Part shown: piece after piece, positions 39,698 to 49,183 of the stretch
Layout: each line of letters starts with the position of its first letter
How positions within the stretch are numbered: the stretch's first letter is position 1
From: an uncultured delta proteobacterium
GTDB taxonomy: Bacteria > Myxococcota > Myxococcia > Myxococcales > 40CM-4-68-19
Length of the DNA stretch: 64,000 nt
Direction: 5' to 3'
Assembly: GCA_903911145.1 (NCBI GenBank)
Contig: CAIWCD010000007.1
Location: 1 to 64,000, forward strand
Notes under the pieces: model-generated
What the model was told of the DNA's origin: nothing
Database searches by the model: none
What the model saw: only the letters and a program-made list of their open reading frames with translations
Translations under genes and position numbers: made by a program

Positions 39698-41338
39698 ATG
39701 AAACGCTCCCTCGACCGATTCGCGCCCTGGCTGGCGCTGCTGCTCTGCCTGCTCGGCCGTCTTCCGGGACTGCTCCTCGGGGTCGAGCATTACGGGGATG
39801 CGCCGGTGCGCGTCGAGATCGCCGAGCGATGGATCGCCGCGCCCCATCTGTTCCGCGGCTTCTCGGAGACGTACCAGTACGGCCCGCTCCATCTCGCGAT
39901 GCTCGGCGGCGCGCTCAAGCTCTGGCCCGATCGGCTCGTCGCTCCCCGACTGCTCTCGCTCTGCTTCGCCATGCTCGGCGTCTGGATTCTCTACTGGCTG
40001 GCGAAGCGCGTGACGAGCACGGCGGGCGCGCTCTTCGCGGCCTGCGCGCTCGCGCTCGATACCGTGCATATGCAGGCAGGGAGCTCGGCCGCCTCGGAGG
40101 CGGTCTTCCTCGCGATGCTCCTCGCCTCGCTCTGGCTGCTCTTCGACGCCAATGAGCGGCTCACGCTGCTCGCGAATTCAAGCGCGCCCTCGGCTGGCGC
40201 AGGCGCAATCGCAGCGCCGGTTCAAGATGCAACCCTCCCGCTGGCGCAGCTCGCGGCCTCTGGCGCGATCCTCGGAGCCGCGTGCCTCGTGCGGTACGAC
40301 GGACTGATCTACGTCGCACTCCTCGGTCTGCGGATGACGATCGATCTCATCCGCTCCTGGCGCAGTCGCGCACGCTTCACGCAACTTGCGGCGCTCCTCT
40401 GCTTCTGCGTTCCCGCGCTCCTGCCGACACTCTGGTGGATGACGCGAAACCAGCTCGATGTCGGCGACGCGATGGCGCCGTTCCATCACGTCGACCTCGA
40501 TCACCGTGGGCTCGCCGATCAAGGCCTGCGCTGGTTCGGGCCGATTGGATATCGCCTCTATTGCCTCTTCTATTGGCCGGTGAATGTATTGGTCTTGAGC
40601 TCCCCGATCGTCGGCATCTTCTCGATGGCGGGAGCCGCGCGAGCACTCTGGAAGCGCACTCCCGGCTGGGGCTTCGTCATCGCCGCCTGGATACCCGCCG
40701 CATACTTCACCTATCGCGGTGCTATCCGCGCCGACTTCCGCCCGATGTCCCGTTTCGTGCTGGTCGCCGCGACACTCTCGCTCCCGTTCGCGTGGAACGA
40801 GCTGCTCCTCTTCAGCTCGTTTCTCTCGTCGAGAGTTCGCGCCCTCAATGCTTACGAACTTGTGTTGCGCCGCGTTCTCGTCACGCTCTCGATTGCGCTC
40901 GCTGTTGCCACCCCGCTCTTCTTCTTCACGCTCTCCTACGGCAAGAACAGCAACACCGCTGAGTGGGCGCGCCCGCTCTCGCCCGTCTCGTCGGTGCCAC
41001 CCGGAATCGCGCAGGCCGCGAGATATCTGCGCGAGCACGCCACGCCGGGCGATCAGATCATCCTCGACGGGGTCTGGGACTATCTCGAGATCCCGCTCGC
41101 ATTCGAGAGCAAGCTGCCTGAATCGCAGTTCACGCGGCTCGCGTATGACAACTTCGAGGCGAAACTCAAGCGGGTCACGCCGACGATGGCGGTGCTGCTC
41201 TATCAAGGCAATCTGCAATTTCTCGCTGGCACGACGGGCGCGGCCTGGCAGAGCCCGGCGTTTGATTTCCGCGGAATTCATTTCTGCCGCGAGGCTGAGT
41301 TTATCTATGCGGGCGTCTATCGAGTCTGCCCACGATAA
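39698..41338 (+). CDS. GT-C fold membrane glycosyltransferase (ArnT/PMT_2, family 39-like)
   Basis: Multi-TM; 'YGDA..R', 'YGPLH', 'PRLLSL', 'SEAVF', 'LVRYDG', late 'RF' motif. Confidence 0.75.
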   Translation: MKRSLDRFAPWLALLLCLLGRLPGLLLGVEHYGDAPVRVEIAERWIAAPHLFRGFSETYQYGPLHLAMLGGALKLWPDRLVAPRLLSLCFAMLGVWILYWLAKRVTSTAGALFAACALALDTVHMQAGSSAASEAVFLAMLLASLWLLFDANERLTLLANSSAPSAGAGAIAAPVQDATLPLAQLAASGAILGAACLVRYDGLIYVALLGLRMTIDLIRSWRSRARFTQLAALLCFCVPALLPTLWWMTRNQLDVGDAMAPFHHVDLDHRGLADQGLRWFGPIGYRLYCLFYWPVNVLVLSSPIVGIFSMAGAARALWKRTPGWGFVIAAWIPAAYFTYRGAIRADFRPMSRFVLVAATLSLPFAWNELLLFSSFLSSRVRALNAYELVLRRVLVTLSIALAVATPLFFFTLSYGKNSNTAEWARPLSPVSSVPPGIAQAARYLREHATPGDQIILDGVWDYLEIPLAFESKLPESQFTRLAYDNFEAKLKRVTPTMAVLLYQGNLQFLAGTTGAAWQSPAFDFRGIHFCREAEFIYAGVYRVCPR

Positions 41339-41363
41339 CGGCACCGCATGTTGGCCTGACCCG

Positions 41364-42047
41364 TCAGAGCTGCTCGAGCACGCGTGTCGCGAAATTAATC
41401 GAGCCGCGCGCGCGGATCAGCGACTCCTCTCCCGTCATGCAGGCCGCAAGCTTGACTTGGATTCCTCGCTCAATCAGTTCCCGCAGGCGCGTGCGAGTCT
41501 CCTCGTCGGGCAGGAGCGACTCAGGCGTGGCACGCAGTCCGCTGCGGAATGTCAGTACGTATGGATGGATCTCCCCCATGGCCGGGCGCCCCGGAAGGTC
41601 CACGCTGATACCCCAGCGATATCCGTTCGCCGATTCGAACGAGACGTGAGCGGAGCCCACGCCGTTGATCGTCTGTTCATCGGTGAAGATCCACGCCGGC
41701 CCGCGCTGGCCTGACCCCGCGTCGCTGAGGGCGCGGAGGTCGGTTGATACCCAACGACCATGCTCGGCGAGGCGATGGCTGCCGCTGCGCGAGCGTCCGC
41801 AGGATTCACAAGCGCTCTGCCAGCGGCCCTCTCGGAATTTCACGTCCGTATCAATTCGCGGAACGCGGCAGTCACACACGACCAATGGGTCGGCAGGTAT
41901 TGACGATGATGGAGCCGGCGCGAAGCAGTTGGCGCAGATCACGGTCTGCTCTTGCGCGAGTCGCTTCGTATCGTACGGGCAGATCGCGTGTCGCGAGTCG
42001 ACGGGAATCGCCGCGATCTCATCTTCCGCAGACCATCCCACGATCAT
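41364..42047 (-). CDS. Hypothetical Cys-rich protein
   Basis: 227 aa, GGAGGAG RBS, CPYD/CANC/CDC/CESC motifs, atypical codon usage. Confidence 0.5.
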   Translation of the reverse strand: MIVGWSAEDEIAAIPVDSRHAICPYDTKRLAQEQTVICANCFAPAPSSSIPADPLVVCDCRVPRIDTDVKFREGRWQSACESCGRSRSGSHRLAEHGRWVSTDLRALSDAGSGQRGPAWIFTDEQTINGVGSAHVSFESANGYRWGISVDLPGRPAMGEIHPYVLTFRSGLRATPESLLPDEETRTRLRELIERGIQVKLAACMTGEESLIRARGSINFATRVLEQL

Positions 42048-42079
42048 GAACTCTCCTCCGATTTGATCGCTGCTTGATA

Positions 42080-43120
42080 TCAATGCTTCTTCTTGAAGTA
42101 TTCGACCTGCCACTTCTGCACGGCCGCATCGTGGCATTTCCAATCAGGACAGAAGACCGTCGTATGGTCGTTCCTCGAGACGAAATAGAGGTCGTTGCAC
42201 TCCATCGGATGCACCGCCGCCTCGATCGCCGCCTCGCCCGGATTGGAGATTGGTCCCGGCGGTAATCCGATATTCAGATACGTATTATAGGGATGCGGCC
42301 GCTGCAGATCCGACTTGTGGATATTGCCGTCCCACTTGAAATCATTCTCGAGGAGGATCGCGTAGACGACCGTGGGGTCGGTCGCGAGCTGCACGTGCTT
42401 GCGCAAGCGATTGTGGAAGACGCAGGAGACGTGCGGCCGATCCTCGGGAAGGCCCGTCTCCTTCTCGATGATCGACGCGAGCGTGACGGTATCGGCGGGG
42501 GATAGCTTCACGTTCGCCGCGCGATGCGTCTGCGCTTGATTATAGGCCGCGAGAAAGCGCGCGTGCATCGCTTGAGCTATCCCCTTGCAGCCAATTCCCT
42601 TCGGCACCGAATAGGTATCGGGAAAGAGATATCCCTCGAGCGATTTGCCGGGAATGCCCAGCGCGTGGGCCTCCGCGGGATCGCGGGCGAGCGCGAGGAA
42701 GTCGCTCGCGGTGCAGAGGCCCGACTCGCCGATGAGCGTCGCGATCTCATCGGCGCGCAGGCCTTCGGGGATGGTGAAATGATGCAGCTTCACCTCTGCG
42801 CGCACGAGCTTCTCGATCACCTGATCGGGAGTGAGCGGCAGCGTGAATTCATATTCGCCCGCCTTGGTATGGGCCGAGCGACGGAAGTAATGGAGATGCG
42901 TGTAGAGCTGATCTGCCGAGGAGACCGCGCCCCCCTGCGCGAGCAGATGCGCGAGCTTCTGCGGACCCGAGCCTGGCGGAATATCGATTGTCACTGATCC
43001 TTTGCCGAACGGCGTGCGCGCGAAGGCCTGTTCGCGCTGGTAGAGAACGCCCGCGATCGCTACCGCGACGAGGAGAGCCACGCCCAGCACGGCCGCAATC
43101 ACCAGAACGATTCGCTTCAT
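42080..43120 (-). CDS. mltG: Endolytic transglycosylase MltG
   Basis: N-terminal TM, 'KAGEY', 'TIPEG', 'LEGYLFPDTY', 'LASIIEKET', 'NRL...L.TDPTVVY', 'PYNTY...GLPPGPISNPG', 'LYFVS'. Confidence 0.96.
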   Translation of the reverse strand: MKRIVLVIAAVLGVALLVAVAIAGVLYQREQAFARTPFGKGSVTIDIPPGSGPQKLAHLLAQGGAVSSADQLYTHLHYFRRSAHTKAGEYEFTLPLTPDQVIEKLVRAEVKLHHFTIPEGLRADEIATLIGESGLCTASDFLALARDPAEAHALGIPGKSLEGYLFPDTYSVPKGIGCKGIAQAMHARFLAAYNQAQTHRAANVKLSPADTVTLASIIEKETGLPEDRPHVSCVFHNRLRKHVQLATDPTVVYAILLENDFKWDGNIHKSDLQRPHPYNTYLNIGLPPGPISNPGEAAIEAAVHPMECNDLYFVSRNDHTTVFCPDWKCHDAAVQKWQVEYFKKKH

Positions 43121-43184
43121 CGATCATCTCCAGCGCGCATTCCGCGGCGCGCGACACAACGAACGGGGGCGCGCTCGCACTCAA

Positions 43185-45224
43185 TCACAGCGCGGCTTCC
43201 GCGCGCGACAGCTCGTCCTGCTTTTCCGTCCAGCGCTCGAACAGCGTCTCGAGTTCGCGCTCGGCCGCACGATAGCGCGCCACCAGCGGCGTCGAGCGCG
43301 CGCTGTCCGCGAAGGTCGCCGGATCCGCGAGCTGCGTCTCGGCGTCCTTCTTCTCGATCTCGAGCGCCGCGATCTTCTCTTCGAGCTGCGTGACTTCCTT
43401 CTTCAGCGGCCCAAGCAGCTTTGACTTTCGCTCGCGCTCAACAGCACGCTCGCGGCGCGCGTCCTTGCCCTGCCCCGCGGCCTCGCGCGCATCGCCCTTG
43501 CTCTCGCGCCCCGCCTCTGCGGCCGCACGCGCAGTTGCCGCGAGTTCCGCGAGCCGCGCCTTCTCCTCCGCGCGTCGCCGCTCCCAATCATCGAGATTGC
43601 CCGGCTGCGGATCGATCTTCCCGTCTTTGACTTCCCAGACCTGCGTCGCGAGCCCATTCACGAACGAGCGGTTGTGCGAGACGAACAGCAGCGTGCCTTC
43701 GTAGCCGGTGAGCGCCTCGATCAGCGCTTCAGCAGAATCGAGATCGAGATGGTTCGTCGGCTCGTCGAGAAGCAGCAGATTGGTCGGCACGACGAGCAGC
43801 TTCGCCAGCGCCACGCGCGCACGCTCGCCGCCTGAGAGCACCGCGATCTTCTTGTCGACGTCGTCGCCGCTGAAGAGAAACGAGCCGAGGATCGAGCGGA
43901 CCCACGACTGCGGCTCGGTCGGCACCAGCGCGTGGACCTCTTCGAGCACCGTCTTCTCGCGCGCGAGCGCCTCGGCGTGATGCTGCGCGAAGTAGCCCAG
44001 TTCGACATTGTGCCCGAGCTCGATCTCGCCCGCGTCCTGCGCGAGTTCACTCGCGATCAGCTTGAGCAGCGTCGTCTTGCCCGTGCCATTGAGCCCGACG
44101 ATCGCGATCCGTTCTCCTCGCAAGACCTGCCCGCTCAACTCCCGATAGACGACGTTGTCGCCGAATCGCTTGCTGACCTTCTCGAGCTTGATGACCTCGC
44201 GCCCCGAGCGCGGCGCCGGAGGAAAACGGAACTGCACCGTCTTGCGCTCCTCGATCCGCTCGATCTTCTCTTCCTTCTCGAGCGCGCGCAGCTTGCTCTG
44301 GGCCGCCTTGGCCTTCGTCGCCTTCGCGCGGAAGCGATTGACGAACGCCATCACCTCGTCGTGCTTCTTCTGCTGCCGATCCGCGCGCGCTTCGAGCTGC
44401 TCGAGCTCATCGGCGCGCTGCACCAGATAGCTCTCGTAGTCGCCCTTGTAGCTGCGCAGCCCATCGACCTCGAGCGAGAGCACGCGATCGATCTGCCGAT
44501 CGAGAAATTCGCGATCGTGCGAGACGAGCAGCAGCGCCTTGCGCGATCGCTTGAGGAACGCGTCGAACCACTCGAGCGTCGGCACATCGAGATGGTTCGT
44601 CGGCTCGTCGAGAAGAAGCAGCTCGGGGTCTTGCAGGAGCAACCCCGACAACGTCGCGCGCATGCGCCAGCCGCCGGAGAGCGACTTCGCGGGCTCGCCA
44701 AGCTGCGCGGGCTTGAAGCCGAGACCGAGCAGGATCTCCTCCGCGCGATGCCGTCCGTAATGCTCCTCGTGATGCGCGAGCTCCTCGTGCAGCGTCGCGA
44801 GTTCTCCCGCGAGCTCGACTTGCAACGCGTGAAGATCGCTCTCCGCGTCCGCACGGGTCGTGTCCTTGAACGTCGCCTGCTGCAGCTCGTTCGGATTCGC
44901 GAGCTGCCTTTCGATCGCCTCGATGCGCTGCTCGAGCGCGCGCCGACCCGGCACCGACGCGAGCACGCCATCGATGAGCGGCCCGTCAGGCATCTCGCCC
45001 ATCTCCTGCGGCAGATATCCGGCCCGCGCACGGCGCACCATCTGCACCTCGCCCGCATCGGCCTCTCGCGCGCCCGCGAGCACGCGCAGGAGCGTCGACT
45101 TGCCCGAGCCATTCGGTCCGATGAGACCGACGCGATCATGCGCGCCGAGCGTGAAGCTCGCCTCGTCGAGAATGACCTTCTTGCCGAAGCGGACCGAGAG
45201 CCCGCGCGCGTGCAGGAGCGACAT
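43185..45224 (-). CDS. ABC-F family ATP-binding protein
   Basis: Two NBDs (GPNGSGKST/LSGGW/LLLDEPTNHLD; GLNGTGKTT/LSGGE/LLLDEPTNHLD), no TM, C-terminal coiled coil. Confidence 0.95.
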   Translation of the reverse strand: MSLLHARGLSVRFGKKVILDEASFTLGAHDRVGLIGPNGSGKSTLLRVLAGAREADAGEVQMVRRARAGYLPQEMGEMPDGPLIDGVLASVPGRRALEQRIEAIERQLANPNELQQATFKDTTRADAESDLHALQVELAGELATLHEELAHHEEHYGRHRAEEILLGLGFKPAQLGEPAKSLSGGWRMRATLSGLLLQDPELLLLDEPTNHLDVPTLEWFDAFLKRSRKALLLVSHDREFLDRQIDRVLSLEVDGLRSYKGDYESYLVQRADELEQLEARADRQQKKHDEVMAFVNRFRAKATKAKAAQSKLRALEKEEKIERIEERKTVQFRFPPAPRSGREVIKLEKVSKRFGDNVVYRELSGQVLRGERIAIVGLNGTGKTTLLKLIASELAQDAGEIELGHNVELGYFAQHHAEALAREKTVLEEVHALVPTEPQSWVRSILGSFLFSGDDVDKKIAVLSGGERARVALAKLLVVPTNLLLLDEPTNHLDLDSAEALIEALTGYEGTLLFVSHNRSFVNGLATQVWEVKDGKIDPQPGNLDDWERRRAEEKARLAELAATARAAAEAGRESKGDAREAAGQGKDARRERAVERERKSKLLGPLKKEVTQLEEKIAALEIEKKDAETQLADPATFADSARSTPLVARYRAAERELETLFERWTEKQDELSRAEAAL

Positions 45225-45227
45225 CGA

Positions 45228-46502
45228 CTAGTTGACTCGCGGTGCCGGAGCCGCGCCGGGAGCGGCGGCGTGAGGCTTCTCTTCGATCAGCATCGCGCGC
45301 ATGCGCTCCAGCGCCTCATGCGTCTTGCGCACATAGTCGCTCTGCGCGTTCACGCGCTCGGCAGTGGCCAGCGTCTGCTCGTAGATCTTCATCGCCTTCT
45401 CGATCAGCACGCGGACCTTCTTCTTGAGCTCCTCCCGATAGACCGCGACCTCGTCGTGCGTCAGCTTCGGCATTGGCGCATCGATCATCTGCTGGTGGAG
45501 CGACTCGTAGAGTTCGCCGATTCGGTAACCGGACGCCGTCGCCCACTCGCCATCGCCGCGGCGGATCGCGCGCAGATAGTGACCTTGTGCGGAGAGGAGA
45601 AACTGCGCCTTTGTCTCCAGCGCAGCGCCGAGCGCCTTCTCGTTCTGGGTTCCGGGGTCGAGCGTCGTCTCATCGAAATAGCTTCGGTAGATCTCGCCAA
45701 TCCAGAACTCGGCCTGCGCGAGCAGCGCGGGGTCGGCCTCGCCGTCCGTGCCGGCCTTGGCGTAGAGCTCCAGCGCTGCGCGCAGCAGATGCTCGGCATC
45801 GCCGCGACCCGCCAGCAGCGCGGGATCGCGCTCGCCCGCCTTGCGCGCATGCTCCGCCCTCTCGACCAGACAGACGGCCTGCTGCACGAGAGCCTCGCCC
45901 TTGCGGCTGTCGGGAATTCCCGGCCGCTCGCTCAAGGTCTTCAAGCGCGTTGCTGCCGCGTCGAGGCGGCCTAATTCGTGCTCGGCAAATGCGGCGTGGA
46001 ACGTCGCATCGATCTCATCGCTCGTCGGCTTGAGCGCAGCATCCTTCGGCGCACGGCTCTTCTCCGCCGCGACGATGAGCGCGATGTCCGCTTCCCAGCG
46101 CGCGAGCGCATCGCCGTAGCGCTGCAGACGCTCGAGAGAGAGCGCGCTGTTGAACGTCGCGGCACCGACGCGCTCCGACGCTGGAAAGGCGTCGGCGAGA
46201 CGCGAAAAGCAGGCCGCCGCGCGATTCCAATCGGCGGCGTCGAACGCACGCACGCCGCAGTCGAACAGCTGCGTCTCGTCGAGTTCACCGAGCGCGCGCT
46301 CTTCGAGCGGACTGGCCACCACGACCACTTCAGGAAGATCGATGTCCGCGTGTTTCGGAGGCGGCGGCACATGCGCGGCACTGCGATCGCGAAGAGCGTT
46401 TTCGCCACGCCCAGCCTGCTCGCGCGTTGCTGCCGCACACGCCGAGAGCAGCGCGAGCGAGACGAGAGCTGCGACGTGCGCGCTGCGGCAAGTGATCGTC
46501 AT
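45228..46502 (-). CDS. Tetratricopeptide-repeat lipoprotein
   Basis: Lipobox LSAC; TPR-like helices ('FSRLADAFP.S....ATFN.AL', 'AQAEFWIGEIYR', 'GYRIGELYE'). Confidence 0.75.
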   Translation of the reverse strand: MTITCRSAHVAALVSLALLSACAAATREQAGRGENALRDRSAAHVPPPPKHADIDLPEVVVVASPLEERALGELDETQLFDCGVRAFDAADWNRAAACFSRLADAFPASERVGAATFNSALSLERLQRYGDALARWEADIALIVAAEKSRAPKDAALKPTSDEIDATFHAAFAEHELGRLDAAATRLKTLSERPGIPDSRKGEALVQQAVCLVERAEHARKAGERDPALLAGRGDAEHLLRAALELYAKAGTDGEADPALLAQAEFWIGEIYRSYFDETTLDPGTQNEKALGAALETKAQFLLSAQGHYLRAIRRGDGEWATASGYRIGELYESLHQQMIDAPMPKLTHDEVAVYREELKKKVRVLIEKAMKIYEQTLATAERVNAQSDYVRKTHEALERMRAMLIEEKPHAAAPGAAPAPRVN

Positions 46503-46505
46503 TGG

Positions 46506-46916
46506 CTACCCCACGACAGTAATGTTGAGCTTGCGATTGCGCGGACCATCGAACTCGCAGAAGTAGATCGCCTGCCAGGTGCCGAGGACGAGCTTCCCGC
46601 TCTGCACCGGGAGCGTCACCGAGAAGCCGGTCATCGTCGCCTTGGCGTGCGCGGCGGCGTTGCCCTCCTCGTGCTTGTAGTAGGTCGCCGTCGAGGGCAC
46701 TGCGCGCTCAAGCGCATTGAGGATGTCGGTCTGCACATCGGGGTCGGTGTTCTCATTGACCGTCAGCCCGCCCGTGGTGTGTCCCGACGAGACGACGCAG
46801 AGACCGTTCTCGATCCCGCTCGACTTCACCTCGGCGCGCACGCGCTTGGTGACGTCGACCATCTCCGCCTTCTTGCTGGTGAGCAGCTCCAGCGAGCTGA
46901 AATGCGCAGGCATCAT
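46506..46916 (-). CDS. yjbQ: YjbQ / UPF0047 family (secondary thiamine-phosphate synthase)
   Basis: 'HTTGGLTVNENTDPDV', 'H.EGNA.AH.K', 'LGTWQAIYFCEFDGPR.R'. Confidence 0.92.
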   Translation of the reverse strand: MMPAHFSSLELLTSKKAEMVDVTKRVRAEVKSSGIENGLCVVSSGHTTGGLTVNENTDPDVQTDILNALERAVPSTATYYKHEEGNAAAHAKATMTGFSVTLPVQSGKLVLGTWQAIYFCEFDGPRNRKLNITVVG

Positions 46917-46964
46917 CTCTCTCCTGATTCAAGGCCCATCGCCGAGGCGAGGTGCACTGCTGAT

Positions 46965-48200
46965 CTAGAACGCACCAAGGCTCTCGTGGATCTGCCAGAG
47001 CCCCGATAGATCGTGGATGTCGCGGCGCAGACGGGGCGCGACGTAGAGCGGCACACCTGGCAGCGCAGCCGTGAGACGCGCGACTTCGCGGTGGTCGACG
47101 TCGGCGAGCGCGGCCTGCTCGAGCAGCGTGCGCGCAAGCCGCGCCGAGAGCAGCTCGCCGCCCTTCGCGTCGAGCGCCGACGACTCGACCGCGCCCAGTT
47201 CGTGGAGGGCCGCTGGAGCCGCTGGAGCATCGGGGATCTGCGCGCGGGAGAGCGCCTCGACAAGATCCGCAGCGAGCTCTGCGCCGCCCACTGCGCGGGG
47301 ATCCCGCTGCATGCGGTTGACGATCACCGCCGCCGTCTTGATGCGCGCATCGGAGAGTGCGCGATGAAAGAAGAGCGCCTCATCGATGGTCAGCGCCGAC
47401 GGCGAGGTCACCAGGACGAACGCGGATTCGGGCGAAGCGAGCAGTGCCTTCACCTGCGCTGCACGCTGCGTGAACCCTTCGTACATGCCCTCGAACGCGA
47501 CGAAGAAATCCGCGACGTCGCGCAGGAAGTCCGCGCCAGTAAAGCGTGCGAGCGTCTTGAGGATGATGCTCGACGGCAGCGCGAAGAGCTTGAGTCCGAA
47601 CGATCCCGCCTTGAGCATCGGCCCGAGCACGAAGCGCATGGCGTCGTTGTCGAGCATGTCCATCAAGCGATCGGGCGCGCCGAGGAAGTCGAGTGCATTC
47701 GAGGTGGGAGGCGTGTCGAGGACCACCACGTCGTAGCGGCCGCTCGCGGAGATGCGCTGCACCTGCTCCATCGCCATGTATTCGAGGCTGCCGGCGAGCA
47801 CCGTCGAGACGGTCTGGTAGAGGCGGTTCTTGAGGATCGCTTCGGCCTGCGCGGGAGAGCGCGAATCCTTGCGCACCAGCTCGTCCCACGCGGTCTTCAA
47901 ATCGAGCATCATCGCGGAGAGCTGTCCGCGCGGCTCGATGCCACGCGCGCGCAGCGAGGAGAGATCGATCGGCGTCTCCTTGTTGCCAAGAGCAGAGAGC
48001 CCGAGCGAGTTGGCGAGGCGGCGCGCAGGATCGATGGTGAGCACGAGCACGCGCTGCCCATCGACGGCAAGGCGCAGCGCAAGCGCCGCAGCGCTGGTGG
48101 TCTTGCCGACGCCGCCCGAACCGACGAGCGCAACCACCTTGCGGCCGCGCACCAGCTCGCGCAGAGGGAGTTGTGAATTCTGCGCAGCGCTCGCGGTCAC
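46965..48200 (-). CDS. ArsA/Get3-like P-loop ATPase (subunit 2)
   Basis: 'GSGGVGKTT', 'TIDPARRLANSLG', 'EYMAME', 'LDTPP..NALDFL.AP'. Confidence 0.9.
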   Translation of the reverse strand: MTASAAQNSQLPLRELVRGRKVVALVGSGGVGKTTSAAALALRLAVDGQRVLVLTIDPARRLANSLGLSALGNKETPIDLSSLRARGIEPRGQLSAMMLDLKTAWDELVRKDSRSPAQAEAILKNRLYQTVSTVLAGSLEYMAMEQVQRISASGRYDVVVLDTPPTSNALDFLGAPDRLMDMLDNDAMRFVLGPMLKAGSFGLKLFALPSSIILKTLARFTGADFLRDVADFFVAFEGMYEGFTQRAAQVKALLASPESAFVLVTSPSALTIDEALFFHRALSDARIKTAAVIVNRMQRDPRAVGGAELAADLVEALSRAQIPDAPAAPAALHELGAVESSALDAKGGELLSARLARTLLEQAALADVDHREVARLTAALPGVPLYVAPRLRRDIHDLSGLWQIHESLGAF

Positions 48201-49171
48201 AGCGCGCCCTCGAGAGCATGTGCGACCTTCTCGATCGCATTGAGGCCGAACTGCCTTTCGAAGAGCTGCGGCACACAGAGCAGCGGCCCTTGCGCAGCCT
48301 GGCCGGGAGCACTCTGCGCGGCGATCGCATCGCGGAGCACCTTCTCGTACTGCACCGACATCTGCGCGCGCGCCTCGTGGCCGTCGGCTGCGTCCGCGGC
48401 GGCCGAGAGCATCGGCCCTCCGCGCGCGACCGCCGTGCGCTCGGCTTCGGTGAAGCGCGGCTGGAAGACCGCGTTGAGCACGAGCGGCCCGAGCGGCAGC
48501 TTCTCCTTGCAGAGCGCGGCCCGCAGCTCGATCGCCTCATTCACCGGCATCTCTTCAGGAAGCGAAGCGACCAGCACCTGCGTGCGCGTGGGATCTTGCA
48601 GGAGCGTCTGGATCCAGGTCATGTCCGCCGCCAGAGGACCGTCCGAGACAAGCGAGAGAAAGACGCGCGGAACCGTGAGCAGCGCGAGCGCGTGGCCCGT
48701 CGCGGGCGCATCGAGCACAACCAGATCCCACTTGTGGACGCCCCGATCGAACTCCTTCTCGGCGTGCCAGGCGATCTTCCCGAGCATCACGATCTCGGCG
48801 AGCGACGGCGCCGCGCGCAGGAAGTAACGCACGACTTTTCTCTCGAAGACGAGGTTGTAGAGCGTCTCCGAACGCAGCGTCATGATGCCGTACTCGCGCA
48901 TCGCCTCCGGTGGACGGACGTGCACCGAGTAGACGTTCTTCGCGAGCTCGCGGATCTCCGGGCCACTCGGCGGCTTGCCGAACAGCTCGCTCACCCGCTC
49001 TCTGGCCGAGACTTCGCAGACCAGCACGCGCTTGCCTCGGCGCGCAGCCGCCAGCGCCAGCGCGGCAGAGATCGTGCTCTTGCCGGTTCCACCTTTTCCA
49101 GTGACGACGAGAAGTCGCCGCGAGAGCAGATCGGTGTGCAGCCCTCGCTCGCTGATGTCGCCCTCTGACAC
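48197..49171 (-). CDS. ArsA/Get3-like P-loop ATPase (subunit 1)
   Basis: 'VTGKGGTGKST', 'LDAPATGH', 'LPEEMPVNE'; overlaps the partner gene by 4 bp. Confidence 0.9.
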   Translation of the reverse strand: MSEGDISERGLHTDLLSRRLLVVTGKGGTGKSTISAALALAAARRGKRVLVCEVSARERVSELFGKPPSGPEIRELAKNVYSVHVRPPEAMREYGIMTLRSETLYNLVFERKVVRYFLRAAPSLAEIVMLGKIAWHAEKEFDRGVHKWDLVVLDAPATGHALALLTVPRVFLSLVSDGPLAADMTWIQTLLQDPTRTQVLVASLPEEMPVNEAIELRAALCKEKLPLGPLVLNAVFQPRFTEAERTAVARGGPMLSAAADAADGHEARAQMSVQYEKVLRDAIAAQSAPGQAAQGPLLCVPQLFERQFGLNAIEKVAHALEGAL

Positions 49172-49183
49172 GGGGCGCGGACC

